A DNA stretch of 64,000 nucleotides from Azolla caroliniana. Its lineage: Eukaryota; Plantae; Polypodiophyta. The notes under the pieces were generated by a model that was given only the letters and a program-made list of their open reading frames with translations, ran no database searches and was not told the DNA's origin. This document shows positions 1 through 9,530 of the stretch, piece by piece. Within the stretch, counting starts at the first letter, position 1; each line of letters starts with the position of its first letter. Location: positions 14,198,001 to 14,262,000 of the forward strand of contig JBHGNT010000020.1 of assembly GCA_043228905.1 (NCBI GenBank), given 5' to 3'. A program made the position numbers and the translations under genes.

Positions 1-908
1 AACTTTGTAAGTTCATACCAATGACACATCAAAATGACAAGAGCAGATGAATCTTGTGATGAATTCATATCGAAACATGTAGCATGGGAAGCTCCTTTTA
101 AGATATTTCATAAAATTTACAACAGGGGAATGGCTGCTAACAATTATGTGGAATATCATGTCCGCTTTGAGCATTATACATCTTTGTTTCAATGTCAATT
201 TGCTCTAATCTCCAGTTTTTTGCATTGCCAACACCAAACTCTACCTTCTCTTGATAAGGTTATGTATGTCACAAGGAGGGGTTGCTTTAGCTTAGATGCA
301 TTCAAGTAAAGAAATTAGATGGGGCAATCTCAAGCAGTTGATGAAGCAGGACTCTCCCTATACAAATTTCTGAATACAAACTAATTTCTTTTTCCTGAGC
401 ATCAGCTTTCAATCTCATTTACTTCAACCTTGTCTTGATCTTTGTTGCATGCTAAGTCCCAACACAACAAATAATTATGGAACTACTGCTAATTGTTTAC
501 GATTTTTTGCTTGTAATTAGTAAAGGTCACATTAAATTATTCATTGTTTTTACAATGGATAGTGCTCATAATATAAGAAGCCAAAAAACATACAATGTAT
601 GGAAATCTTAACAAGGAATCAGTTTAAAACCCAAAGTGCAGCAATAAAAAGTAAAAACACGTCAATCAAACTTAGATATGTTCTGGAAAACCAAATTACT
701 CTGTCAGTGCATAAACATACTCATATATTCCCCAAATATTTTGGTATGTTTTTGCTTATTTTGCCGAGTGCCTATAAATTTTCTGAATTTACCCAAATGC
801 CCTCTGGGTCAACAACATGCTCTTGGAAAATTTATTCTGTTATTTGAGTAATCATTAAGGTCAAAATGCCCTTTTTCTCAATTATATGGTAAATTCATCC
901 CCTTTTCT

Positions 909-949
<41 letters not shown>
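909..949. repeat. Compound (TC)n(CA)n microsatellite
   Basis: Directly visible dinucleotide runs. Confidence 0.9.
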
Positions 950-1357
950 GCAAGCATTTTGGGTAGGTAATAAAGAAAAACTGAAGGCTATTTCAATTTT
1001 TTTTTCCTTTTAACAGATGGGCTTCTAACCGATAAGAAAACCAACCATTGATATCCAAATCTTTTACATTGGATGAGACCACTTTCTTCTTCCATTTGTT
1101 ACATATTAGACCTTAATAAACTCTAACAGGTACAAAAATATATAGATTTTTTGTTTTGAAAAAAATGGGCTTTGCAACAAGCCAACATGAATCTCTTCAG
1201 AGGAAATCCAGCAACAAAAAAAAACAAAAGGATCTTCAAATCTCCACTCTTGCTTACATTGTTAGGTTTATAAAATCTCTCTTACGGCAGTTACTCATAT
1301 TCGTAACCGTGACAACAACCAAACCCCATGGGATAAACACTTAGATCAAATTGAAAC

Positions 1358-2230
1358 TTAGCTGGATTTGGTTTGTGCGGCAACTTCGGCTGCAAAGTCT
1401 TGGCTACGTTTCTGCAGTCCTTCTCCAAGAACAAACCTCTCAAACCTCCTCACCTTTATATTTTCTCCTATCACGGCTATCTTTTGCTTGATAAGATCCT
1501 TGATTAGCAGTGAATCATCTTTGATATAGGATTGCTCGAGCAATGAGAGCTCGTTAAGTAGCTTCGCGATTCTCCCTTCAACAATCTTTGCTCGTATAGC
1601 CTCCGGTTTCTTAGCCAAATCTTCCTTCTGCATCTCAATCTCCTTCTCTTTTGCAATAAACTCAGCTGGGATGTCTTCAATCGAGATATACTTGACTTGT
1701 TGTGATGCAACGAGTTGCATCGCGAGGTCATCGACAAGTTCTTGGAAGATATTTCCACGGGCGACAAAATCAGTTTCACAATTCACTTCGATAAGGACGC
1801 CAATCCGATTGTCATGAATATAGCTACCCACTCGTCCCTCTGCAGTGATTCGGGTTGATTTCTTCTCAGCACTAGCTAGCCCTTTCTTTCGAAGAAACTC
1901 TCGTGCTTTGTCGAAATCTCCATCATTAGTCTCTAATGCTCTCTTGCAATCCATCATCCCGGCCCCCGTTTCTTCACGGAGCGTCTTCACGAGAGCAGGA
2001 GTGATGGCTGACTTAACATCTGAGGATGAAGAAGCTCTCACAACATGAGAGGATCTGAGCTTCCATGGTGTGCTTGGCGATGATGGGTCAGAGCTCTTAC
2101 CTTTGATTCTCAGCATACCCGAACAGCTTGATTCTCCAATGATCCTGATTTGGCATTTTGCCGAGTAGAAAGCTTGGTGGTGTGGTTGAGGAGCAAGCTG
2201 AGATACACAAGGTAATGCTAGAGGTGCCAT
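1358..2230 (-). CDS. tsf: Plastid-type translation elongation factor Ts; intronless, one EF-Ts unit plus N-terminal transit-peptide-like extension (290 aa)
   Basis: EF-Ts signatures [52 protein letters not shown] and the cyanobacterial/plastid-type C-terminus DFAAEVAAQ. The first ~70 aa are Ser/Pro/Arg-rich and end in VRA, resembling a chloroplast transit peptide. TATA-like TATATAG lies at ~2331-2338 on the minus strand. Confidence 0.93.
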   Translation of the reverse strand: MAPLALPCVSQLAPQPHHQAFYSAKCQIRIIGESSCSGMLRIKGKSSDPSSPSTPWKLRSSHVVRASSSSDVKSAITPALVKTLREETGAGMMDCKRALETNDGDFDKAREFLRKKGLASAEKKSTRITAEGRVGSYIHDNRIGVLIEVNCETDFVARGNIFQELVDDLAMQLVASQQVKYISIEDIPAEFIAKEKEIEMQKEDLAKKPEAIRAKIVEGRIAKLLNELSLLEQSYIKDDSLLIKDLIKQKIAVIGENIKVRRFERFVLGEGLQKRSQDFAAEVAAQTKSS

Positions 2231-3710
2231 GGATTGCTCTGTTCCTGTTCTGTTCTGTTCTGTTCTGTTCCTTTCCTTCCTTTTTTCTGGATAATCCCAA
2301 CATACCTTTGTAAATTGTGTGGTGCTCTCTCTATATATGCCCTCTTAAGAAAAAGAGCCTTCTTGGACAGAAATACATGGTGAGATGAGATGTGTTACAA
2401 GGTCATTGGCCCACAAGACTCGCTTTCCTGGCTTGTCTTGTCGTGCGGACAAAATATGTCCCGAGCCGTCCAAGCCAATGGGGACAAATGCTCATGACCC
2501 GCCATCAGTAGCTCAAACTTCTTCCTGATTCTTCCCAATCAGATCGTCAGCATTTCCATCATTCATTCTGACCTTATATGTATGCAAATTGTCTGAATCG
2601 ACAACCCTTGCTTTTATCATCTTCTCTATCTCTTATAACTTATCCTCTCGCATAAACCCACCATCATACTTCATCCGACACGATATGAGCACCTCCTTGG
2701 ATTAGTCTCATGTGTTGACCTACTTTTTATTGTAGCACCATGGGAGCTTTACATAAGCAAATTTTAGCCATTCCCTCCTAGTTTTGTTCCATTTACTTGA
2801 TGGCTCCTAGCTTAAGGGTTTCATGAATCGATAGATAAGAAGCTGTTTGAATTCCTTAATTGAGGCAAAATTTGTTGCCAACACCCATTGTTGTATTGTG
2901 CATCCCCGCCTTCAGGGAAATCTCCAACGTTTAGGCATCATCAACAACATTCTCACCTACTTGTGTTTTGTGTGCTTAATGCCTCTTATCCTTTGGTTCT
3001 TTTTGAGAAGAATGTCATTCATCCGTGACATGCTCCCCTTGTACACTTCCTTCCTATCCACAAGCCAAATTTGTTTGGGGCAATGTTGCCATGCTCTTAA
3101 CTTACAAAGTCTTCATTGTTCACAAACTTACCCCATTAATGGCCCTTGCTTTTGTAAGTTGACGTCTTACCTTAGACCTAGGGTTTCGTGCTAGTTTCCT
3201 ATTTCGGTGCTAAATGTCTAGAATTATTGCTACACATGTTAAGAGACAACAACAGATCCTTGTGATGGGGCACACTTTGTCCCTTTCCATTTCTCCCCCA
3301 TGAATCTCGTACATTCGACTAGAATAATCCTATAACATCATCAATTTCATGAATTTATCTCACTCCTTGTGAAGTCAAAGCACCACAAACTTCAATTATT
3401 TATCTCACTCCTCTGCGACCAAAACATCTGACAAATATAGCTTCCAAGGTCATATATAGATGAGCACTAGGAGGTCTTATTTCTCTCATGTTGCACCATC
3501 ACTAGTCTAACCACCATCCGTTCATGTTTGCTTGTCTTCATGTAGAAGAAATAAAGGAAATGGCCGTGATGCCCGTCCCGTATGTGTGCACCGAGTTTCA
3601 AGAAGAATAGGTCATCAGAACCCAAAAGGGTATGCGGGTAATTTCAACAAACGTTGGTGTGTAAGGGTATCCCGGGGCCCACGTTACTATAAAAATATCG
3701 TCTCTGTCTT

Positions 3711-3840
3711 CGCCAATGAGATCGCTCCACGTCAACAGGCCATCCGACCAATGAAATGGCCCCACGTCAGCAGGCATCCCGCCAATGAAATGGTCCCACG
3801 TCAGCAGGCCATCCCGCCAATGAAATGGCCCCACGTCAGC
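3711..3840 (+). promoter_or_regulatory. Tandem array of four 34-35 bp units, each containing CCAAT-N9-CCACGTCA
   Basis: CCAAT at 3713, 3748, 3782 and 3817; CCACG exactly 9 nt later at 3727, 3762, 3796 and 3831, each followed by TCA. The repeat is certain; a regulatory role is inferred. Confidence 0.7.
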
Positions 3841-4282
3841 ACCCCTTTCCCTCCCCTCCCCAGGGGGGGCCATTTTCCTTATCCGAGCAAGGAAGGGTTC
3901 AGCGATGGCGGACCTTCCTCGGCTGCTTCCAAACAGGATCATGTCTCCACAGGCGTTTCCTTCCGAAGCAGAAATGTTCGTGACTGTCTGGTATGCATAT
4001 CCTTCCCCTTCTTTCTCCACCTCTGTAATCATTCCAAAAGGAGCAACCGAATCATAATCATCGTCGTCTTCATCAATATCATAACGTCACCGCCGCCTCC
4101 ACTATCTTCAGGATCCACCCAGTTGAAGCTCAACAGAAAGTCATGAGAATGTGTTGTTTTTACCGAGCTTTCATGGCTTTTGTCTCTTTGAGGTTTTCAT
4201 GACTAAAGATGATCCGATCATCACCTTTATGAGATCAGAGGAAATGCCTAAATCTGTTATATTACCTTAGATTTCATGACTG

Positions 4283-7267
4283 ATGAGCATCTCCTTGTGT
4301 CAGGGAGCTTTTGCTTCCATCGTACTATTAGGCAATCTGAGAAACGATCATCATCATATTGATCCGAAGAGATCACTAACTTTTCATCTTGCAATCCCTC
4401 TTCAAACAGGCAGAGAACGAAGGAAGAGAAACTATGCCATCCTGCAAAAACGGGAGGGGAAACTTTTTCCATGGCAGCTTGAAAGAAAGTGCGGCAGTCA
4501 TACACGCAAAAAGCATCAGTCTGATGATAATCTCTCAACAGATCCAAGGCTTGAAAATATCATCGAAGAATTTATGGAACCTGAAACAGGTAGTATCAGT
4601 TCTGTCAGAGAAGTCATAGCTAATTATGGCAGCAACAGTGATCTCAATTTTAACTTGAATGATCTTGTGCTTTCCCTGAAAGGTTGTGATAAACCATCAG
4701 ATCTCGATCATGGTAGATACCTCCATAGCCTCATATGTAAATATGGACTCGATCGAAGCATTTTTATAGGGAATTCTCTTATTCAGATGTATGGTCAATG
4801 TGGAAGCACAGACGAAGCACAGTTAGCATTTTACAGATTATTACCTGAAGCTAACTTGTTTTCATGGAATCTGTTAATGAAATCTTATCTTCAAAATGGA
4901 TATTTTGAGATAATGAAATTGGTCTTCGAAGCCTTGCCCTGTAAGGATGTGATTTCATGGACGTGTATGATCAAAGCATTTACTTTGTATGGTAAGGATA
5001 AGGAAGCTATACATGTGTTTTATGAAATGCAGAGGTCAGAAGATAGCAAACCAAATAAGGTAACACATGTTTGTATCCTTAGTGCATGTAATACTCCTGA
5101 TGCTCTTGAAGACGGTTACGAAATCCACGCTTCCATTATTTACAATGGCTATGAAGTAGATGATATGATTGGAACTTCACTGATTTCCATGTATGGAAGA
5201 TGTCATAGTCTTTGTAGTGCCAGAATTGTACTCTGTCTGATTGATAAAAAGGATATAATCTCATGGAACTCTATGATTTCAGCATGTACGGAAAATTGCC
5301 AGAGTGAGGAAGCATTAGATATCTACTTTCATATGTTATCAGTTGGGGTGAAACCTGATAACTTTACTTTTGTTACTATTCTAGATGCCTGCACGATGGT
5401 AAGGGACTTAGAAGTAGGAAAGAGTATCCATTCCACCATATCAAACACTACATACAAGAATGCCATTGCAGTAAATAATGCTCTCATCACTTTCTATGGA
5501 AAGTGTTTTTGTTTCGATATAGCAAAGGGACTGTTTGAAGAGATGAAAGAAAGAGATGTCATCACTTGGAACGCAATGATTGCTGCATGTACCCAGAACG
5601 GTCATGAAGATGAAGCTTTAGCTCTGTTCCATGGGATGCTGGAAAATGGCTTTGATCCAAGCAATATTACGTTTTTTGGCATGTTAGATGAGTGTACTAG
5701 TTTAGCGAAAGGATTCACAATACATACCTATGCTGTGAAATTTGGGCATGATCAGGACGTACTAATTGGAAATGTTATGGTGAATTTCTATGGTAAGCTT
5801 CAAAATATGGATGAAGCAGAAGCAGTATTTTGGACAATCTCTCAGCGAGATGTGGCTTCTTGGAATAATTTGATCCATCACAAAGGTCATGTCAAAGAAT
5901 CTATACAAATGTTTTATAGAATGCAGTTGGAGGGTATTTTGCCTGACCAGGCGACCTTCATCTACATGGTTGATACTTGTGCTAGTTTAGAAGATTTTGA
6001 CAATGGAAGGATGTGTCATGTGGCTATACAAAGTAGCCATCACCATCATGATCTCGCCATTGGAATTGCCCTCCTCAGAATGTATGGAAAATGTGGAAGG
6101 CTCGGTGAAGCGAAGAGCATCTTTGAACAAATGCCACAAAAAAACATTGTTTCTTGGAATGCAATTATCAAAGCGTGTGTTCAGAATGGAGAGAACAAAG
6201 AGGCTCTGAATCTCTTCTATCAGCTACAAGAAATGGGTATGTATCCTGACAAAGTGACCTTCTTGTATGCACTTAATGGATGTGATGCTCAGGAGCTTTT
6301 AGAAGAGGGAAGAAAATTGCATGCTATCGTCATTAGTGTTGGATATGGGGAAAACCAGGAGATTGGCCATGCCCTTATTAGCATGTATGGAAAATGCAAT
6401 AGTCTGGAAGATTCAAACATTGCTTTCAATAGGATCAATCATAAAACTGTTGTTTCTTGGAATGCTGTGCTGACTGCATGCCGGCAGAATATGGACGGAA
6501 CTATGGCTTTGACATTGTTTCACCAAATGGAAAATGAACACGTGGAACCTGATAAAATTACATATATTTGTGCTCTTGATGCATGTGCTAGCATTGCAGC
6601 TTTATCAGAAGGTGAAAGTATCCATAATATGATAACTGATAAGGGATGGGAGATAGATACTGTTGTGGGGAATGCACTCATCAACATGTACGGAAAATGT
6701 GGGAACATCAACAAGGCCATGAGCATCCTTAGAAACATATCCTGCAGAGATGTAGTTTCTTGGAGCTCACTCATTGCAATTTGTGCACAAAATGGTCAAG
6801 CTGATTTGGCTCTATCCCTTTTTCAACAGATGAAGCTAGATGGTGTGGACCCAAATCATATTTCTTTCACTTGTGCCCTTACTGCATGTAGTCAAGTTGG
6901 ACTTATTGATCATGGAAGACAATACTTTGCTTCAATTAGTAAAGACTATGGCATGGTTCCTACACTCGAACATTATGTTTGTATGATTGATCTACTTAGT
7001 CGAGCTGGACACTTGGATGAGGCAGAAGAATTGATTGGGCAAATGCCATATAAGAAAGTTCCAATGGTATGTTTGAATTTACTTGGAGCTTGCCACAAGT
7101 ATGGTGATGTAGAGAGAGGAGAAAAAGCTTTTATGAAGTGTCTTGAGCTAGAGTCTGATAATTCTGCTCCCTATGTGATAATGGCAAATCTTTATTCTTC
7201 AGCTGGTATGCATGAAGATGCTGCAAAAGTCAGAGAAGCTTTAAAGAGCAAGATTATGAGAAAATAG
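4283..7267 (+). CDS. PLS-class pentatricopeptide repeat protein with C-terminal E domains and no DYW (probable organellar RNA editing factor), 994 aa, intronless
   Basis: Repeated P/L/S motifs (GNALINMYGKCG, DVVSWSSLIA, PDKITYICALDAC). Terminal S2/E1/E2-type segment HYVCMIDLLSRAGHLDEAEELI...LLGACHKYGDVERGE...SAPYVIMANLYSSAG. The ORF stops before any PG-box or DYW. Confidence 0.93.
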   Translation: MSISLCQGAFASIVLLGNLRNDHHHIDPKRSLTFHLAIPLQTGRERRKRNYAILQKREGKLFPWQLERKCGSHTRKKHQSDDNLSTDPRLENIIEEFMEPETGSISSVREVIANYGSNSDLNFNLNDLVLSLKGCDKPSDLDHGRYLHSLICKYGLDRSIFIGNSLIQMYGQCGSTDEAQLAFYRLLPEANLFSWNLLMKSYLQNGYFEIMKLVFEALPCKDVISWTCMIKAFTLYGKDKEAIHVFYEMQRSEDSKPNKVTHVCILSACNTPDALEDGYEIHASIIYNGYEVDDMIGTSLISMYGRCHSLCSARIVLCLIDKKDIISWNSMISACTENCQSEEALDIYFHMLSVGVKPDNFTFVTILDACTMVRDLEVGKSIHSTISNTTYKNAIAVNNALITFYGKCFCFDIAKGLFEEMKERDVITWNAMIAACTQNGHEDEALALFHGMLENGFDPSNITFFGMLDECTSLAKGFTIHTYAVKFGHDQDVLIGNVMVNFYGKLQNMDEAEAVFWTISQRDVASWNNLIHHKGHVKESIQMFYRMQLEGILPDQATFIYMVDTCASLEDFDNGRMCHVAIQSSHHHHDLAIGIALLRMYGKCGRLGEAKSIFEQMPQKNIVSWNAIIKACVQNGENKEALNLFYQLQEMGMYPDKVTFLYALNGCDAQELLEEGRKLHAIVISVGYGENQEIGHALISMYGKCNSLEDSNIAFNRINHKTVVSWNAVLTACRQNMDGTMALTLFHQMENEHVEPDKITYICALDACASIAALSEGESIHNMITDKGWEIDTVVGNALINMYGKCGNINKAMSILRNISCRDVVSWSSLIAICAQNGQADLALSLFQQMKLDGVDPNHISFTCALTACSQVGLIDHGRQYFASISKDYGMVPTLEHYVCMIDLLSRAGHLDEAEELIGQMPYKKVPMVCLNLLGACHKYGDVERGEKAFMKCLELESDNSAPYVIMANLYSSAGMHEDAAKVREALKSKIMRK

Positions 7268-7274
7268 AGCATGA

Positions 7275-7410
7275 AATGGCAAGATTATGTTGACTTTGAA
7301 CAGGAATTTGGCAAGGTTATGTTGACATAGAACAGGAATTGGCAAGATTATGTTGAGATAAAACGGGAAATGACAAGATTAGGATGTCATAAAACATGAA
7401 TTTGCCAAGG
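7275..7410. repeat. Degenerate ~31-bp tandem repeat, about 4 copies, directly after the PPR stop codon
   Basis: Unit similar to AATTGGCAAGATTATGTTGACATAGAACAGG, repeated with increasing divergence. Confidence 0.8.
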
Positions 7411-7701
7411 AGTTGACGTTCAAGAAACATTTTCCTGCAAGTTTGGTTGGGGGGATATGATTATATGAGAACACATATCAAGTTTCGATGCGTGGAGATA
7501 CATCCGAACTTATGGATTTGTCAATTTGCAAAAATTGTGACAAAGTAGAACATGAAGAGTTTGCTAACGAGCTTGATATCAAGAACAATTCAAGTTTGGG
7601 ACATGCACCAAAAAACCTCCTTTGCATGCAAATATATACTTGGAATTTCGTGGAAAAATGATTTTGCCAAATTCCCCACAACAAAAGGCTGATTCATATT
7701 T

Positions 7702-8072
7702 GCTCATATTGAAAACCAGCTCTTTTGAACCAGGCATTTACATGGACAAGCTGGAGACATGTTGCACCATGGAGAATATCCCCCCTCCCCCTCTCACGGA
7801 CAAAAAAGCCAGCTCTTTTGAACCAGGCATTTACATGGACAAGCTGGAGACATGTTGCACCATGGAGAATATCCCCCCTCCCCCTCTCACCGGACAAAAA
7901 AGCCAGCTCTTTTGAACCAGGCATTTACATGGACAAGCTGGAGACATGTTGCACCATGGAGAAGCTCATATTGAAAACCAACTCTTTTGAACCAGGCATT
8001 TACATGGACAAGCTGGAGACACGTTGCACCATGGAGAATATCCCCCTTCCCCCTCTCACCGGACAAAAAAGC
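7702..8072. repeat. Near-identical ~93-bp tandem repeat, 4 copies (third truncated)
   Basis: Unit CCAGCTCTTTTGAACCAGGCATTTACATGGACAAGCTGGAGACATGTTGCACCATGGAGAATATCCCCCCTCCCCCTCTCAC(C)GGACAAAAAAG. The leader GCTCATATTGAAAACCA precedes copies 1 and 4. Confidence 0.92.
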
Positions 8073-9530
8073 TGCTTAAATTCATCACATAAGATCTTGA
8101 GCTTAATAAGTGCTTTAAAAGAGTGGATCTTGAGTTTCCTCACATAATTTGGGCCAGTTGCTGATTTTATTTTTGCACTACCTAAAATTCTAGCATGAAA
8201 CAAAAGCCATGAAGCGACAGATGGTTCTTAAAATTTCATATACGGAATGCAGCAAAAATGTCATTATGCTATGGTATAAAAGATGCTTTGATGATGAACC
8301 AAGGAATGGCAAACATACACTCTTGTGAGATTTACATCAAATCTCAAAAGTAATAAAATGAACATTTGTATTCCATCAACTCAAGGAGCAATAGTTAAGT
8401 CTCATTTGAATATATCTAAATTGGAATTAACTTCCTCCAGAAAAGGATTGACTGCATCTACTGCTCTGTATTTTACAAGTTACTGTTGATCTAAGAAACC
8501 CTGTTTCTCATGCATATTTTGCATACCCTGCAATTAGCACATTCCAAGAGACTTCATCTTGAACAGCAAGTTGTTCAAAAACCTCTTCTGGCCTTTAGAG
8601 GTTACCAAGCATGATGTCCATTCCCAAGATCCCCCATTCACTATCTCGTTATGAACAATAGTGATGTTATCCATAACTGCTCTAATCAGAATGTGTTTCA
8701 CCAATGTCACCATCTTGCCACGTTTTTAGTGCCAAGATGTTGATACAAGGAAAAGGACATCGATACTTGTAATTGATGCTCGTATGCAAGGCCTAGTTCT
8801 TGCCTAATGCACTGCCCCCGAAATGACAAATCTTGTTATAGATATCAATGTTTCGCAAAATTGTTGTGAAGATGTTTCAATGCATGTCAAATTCCCTACC
8901 TGCCCAATCATGTTTATATAGTGAAATTCAAAACTTTCCTAGCAATCACATGATCTTGAATTTATGCTAATTTAACTCTACTCCTAATCATATCTCATCT
9001 ATAATCTCAATGTTGTAGTACAAGGACTATATAATTCAGAAGCAAGGTTGTTTCATCATTAATGAAATTATTGTGGCCCACCCTGGATTACATTGCTTGA
9101 GCCTTCGCTAAGAAGTATTTCATTTCTTCCTATCGAGCATCCCAAGGTGAAAGCAATATCCGGTGGAAGTACATTAACTCGTGATCAAGGGCATTTAGGG
9201 GAATAACTCGTGATCAAGGGCATTAACTCTACTTGACGGGGATTTCTGTGGACATTCACTCCATCTAGGTTTAGTACATTCACTCACAATAGGCTTCCTC
9301 ATTATTGTGGTACTACTACTAAGGCATTTCCATTCCCAGAGGTTTGATATGCTTTAAAAGCTCTTCAGGAAAGTCTCATAAGGTTAAAGTAGAACAGAGC
9401 ATACATCAGCCATGGCTGCTCCTATCTAGTTTGCATGTATTTTTCACGATTCTTTTTGTTTACGTTCTCTTCACTAGATTTCTCGACCTTCTCCAACAGA
9501 GAACCACTTATCCACATGACATGAGATTCC

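Noticed and set aside
34-309. 91-aa ORF at the window start
   Set aside because: No recognisable motif or splice context; cannot be supported.
3532-4146. 204-aa (+) and 144-aa (-) ORFs over the promoter region
   Set aside because: Open frames arise from the GC-rich 35-bp repeat; no recognisable domain.
7702-8072. Regular repeats reminiscent of a CRISPR array
   Set aside because: Whole units are duplicated with no unique spacers; eukaryotic context and no cas genes.
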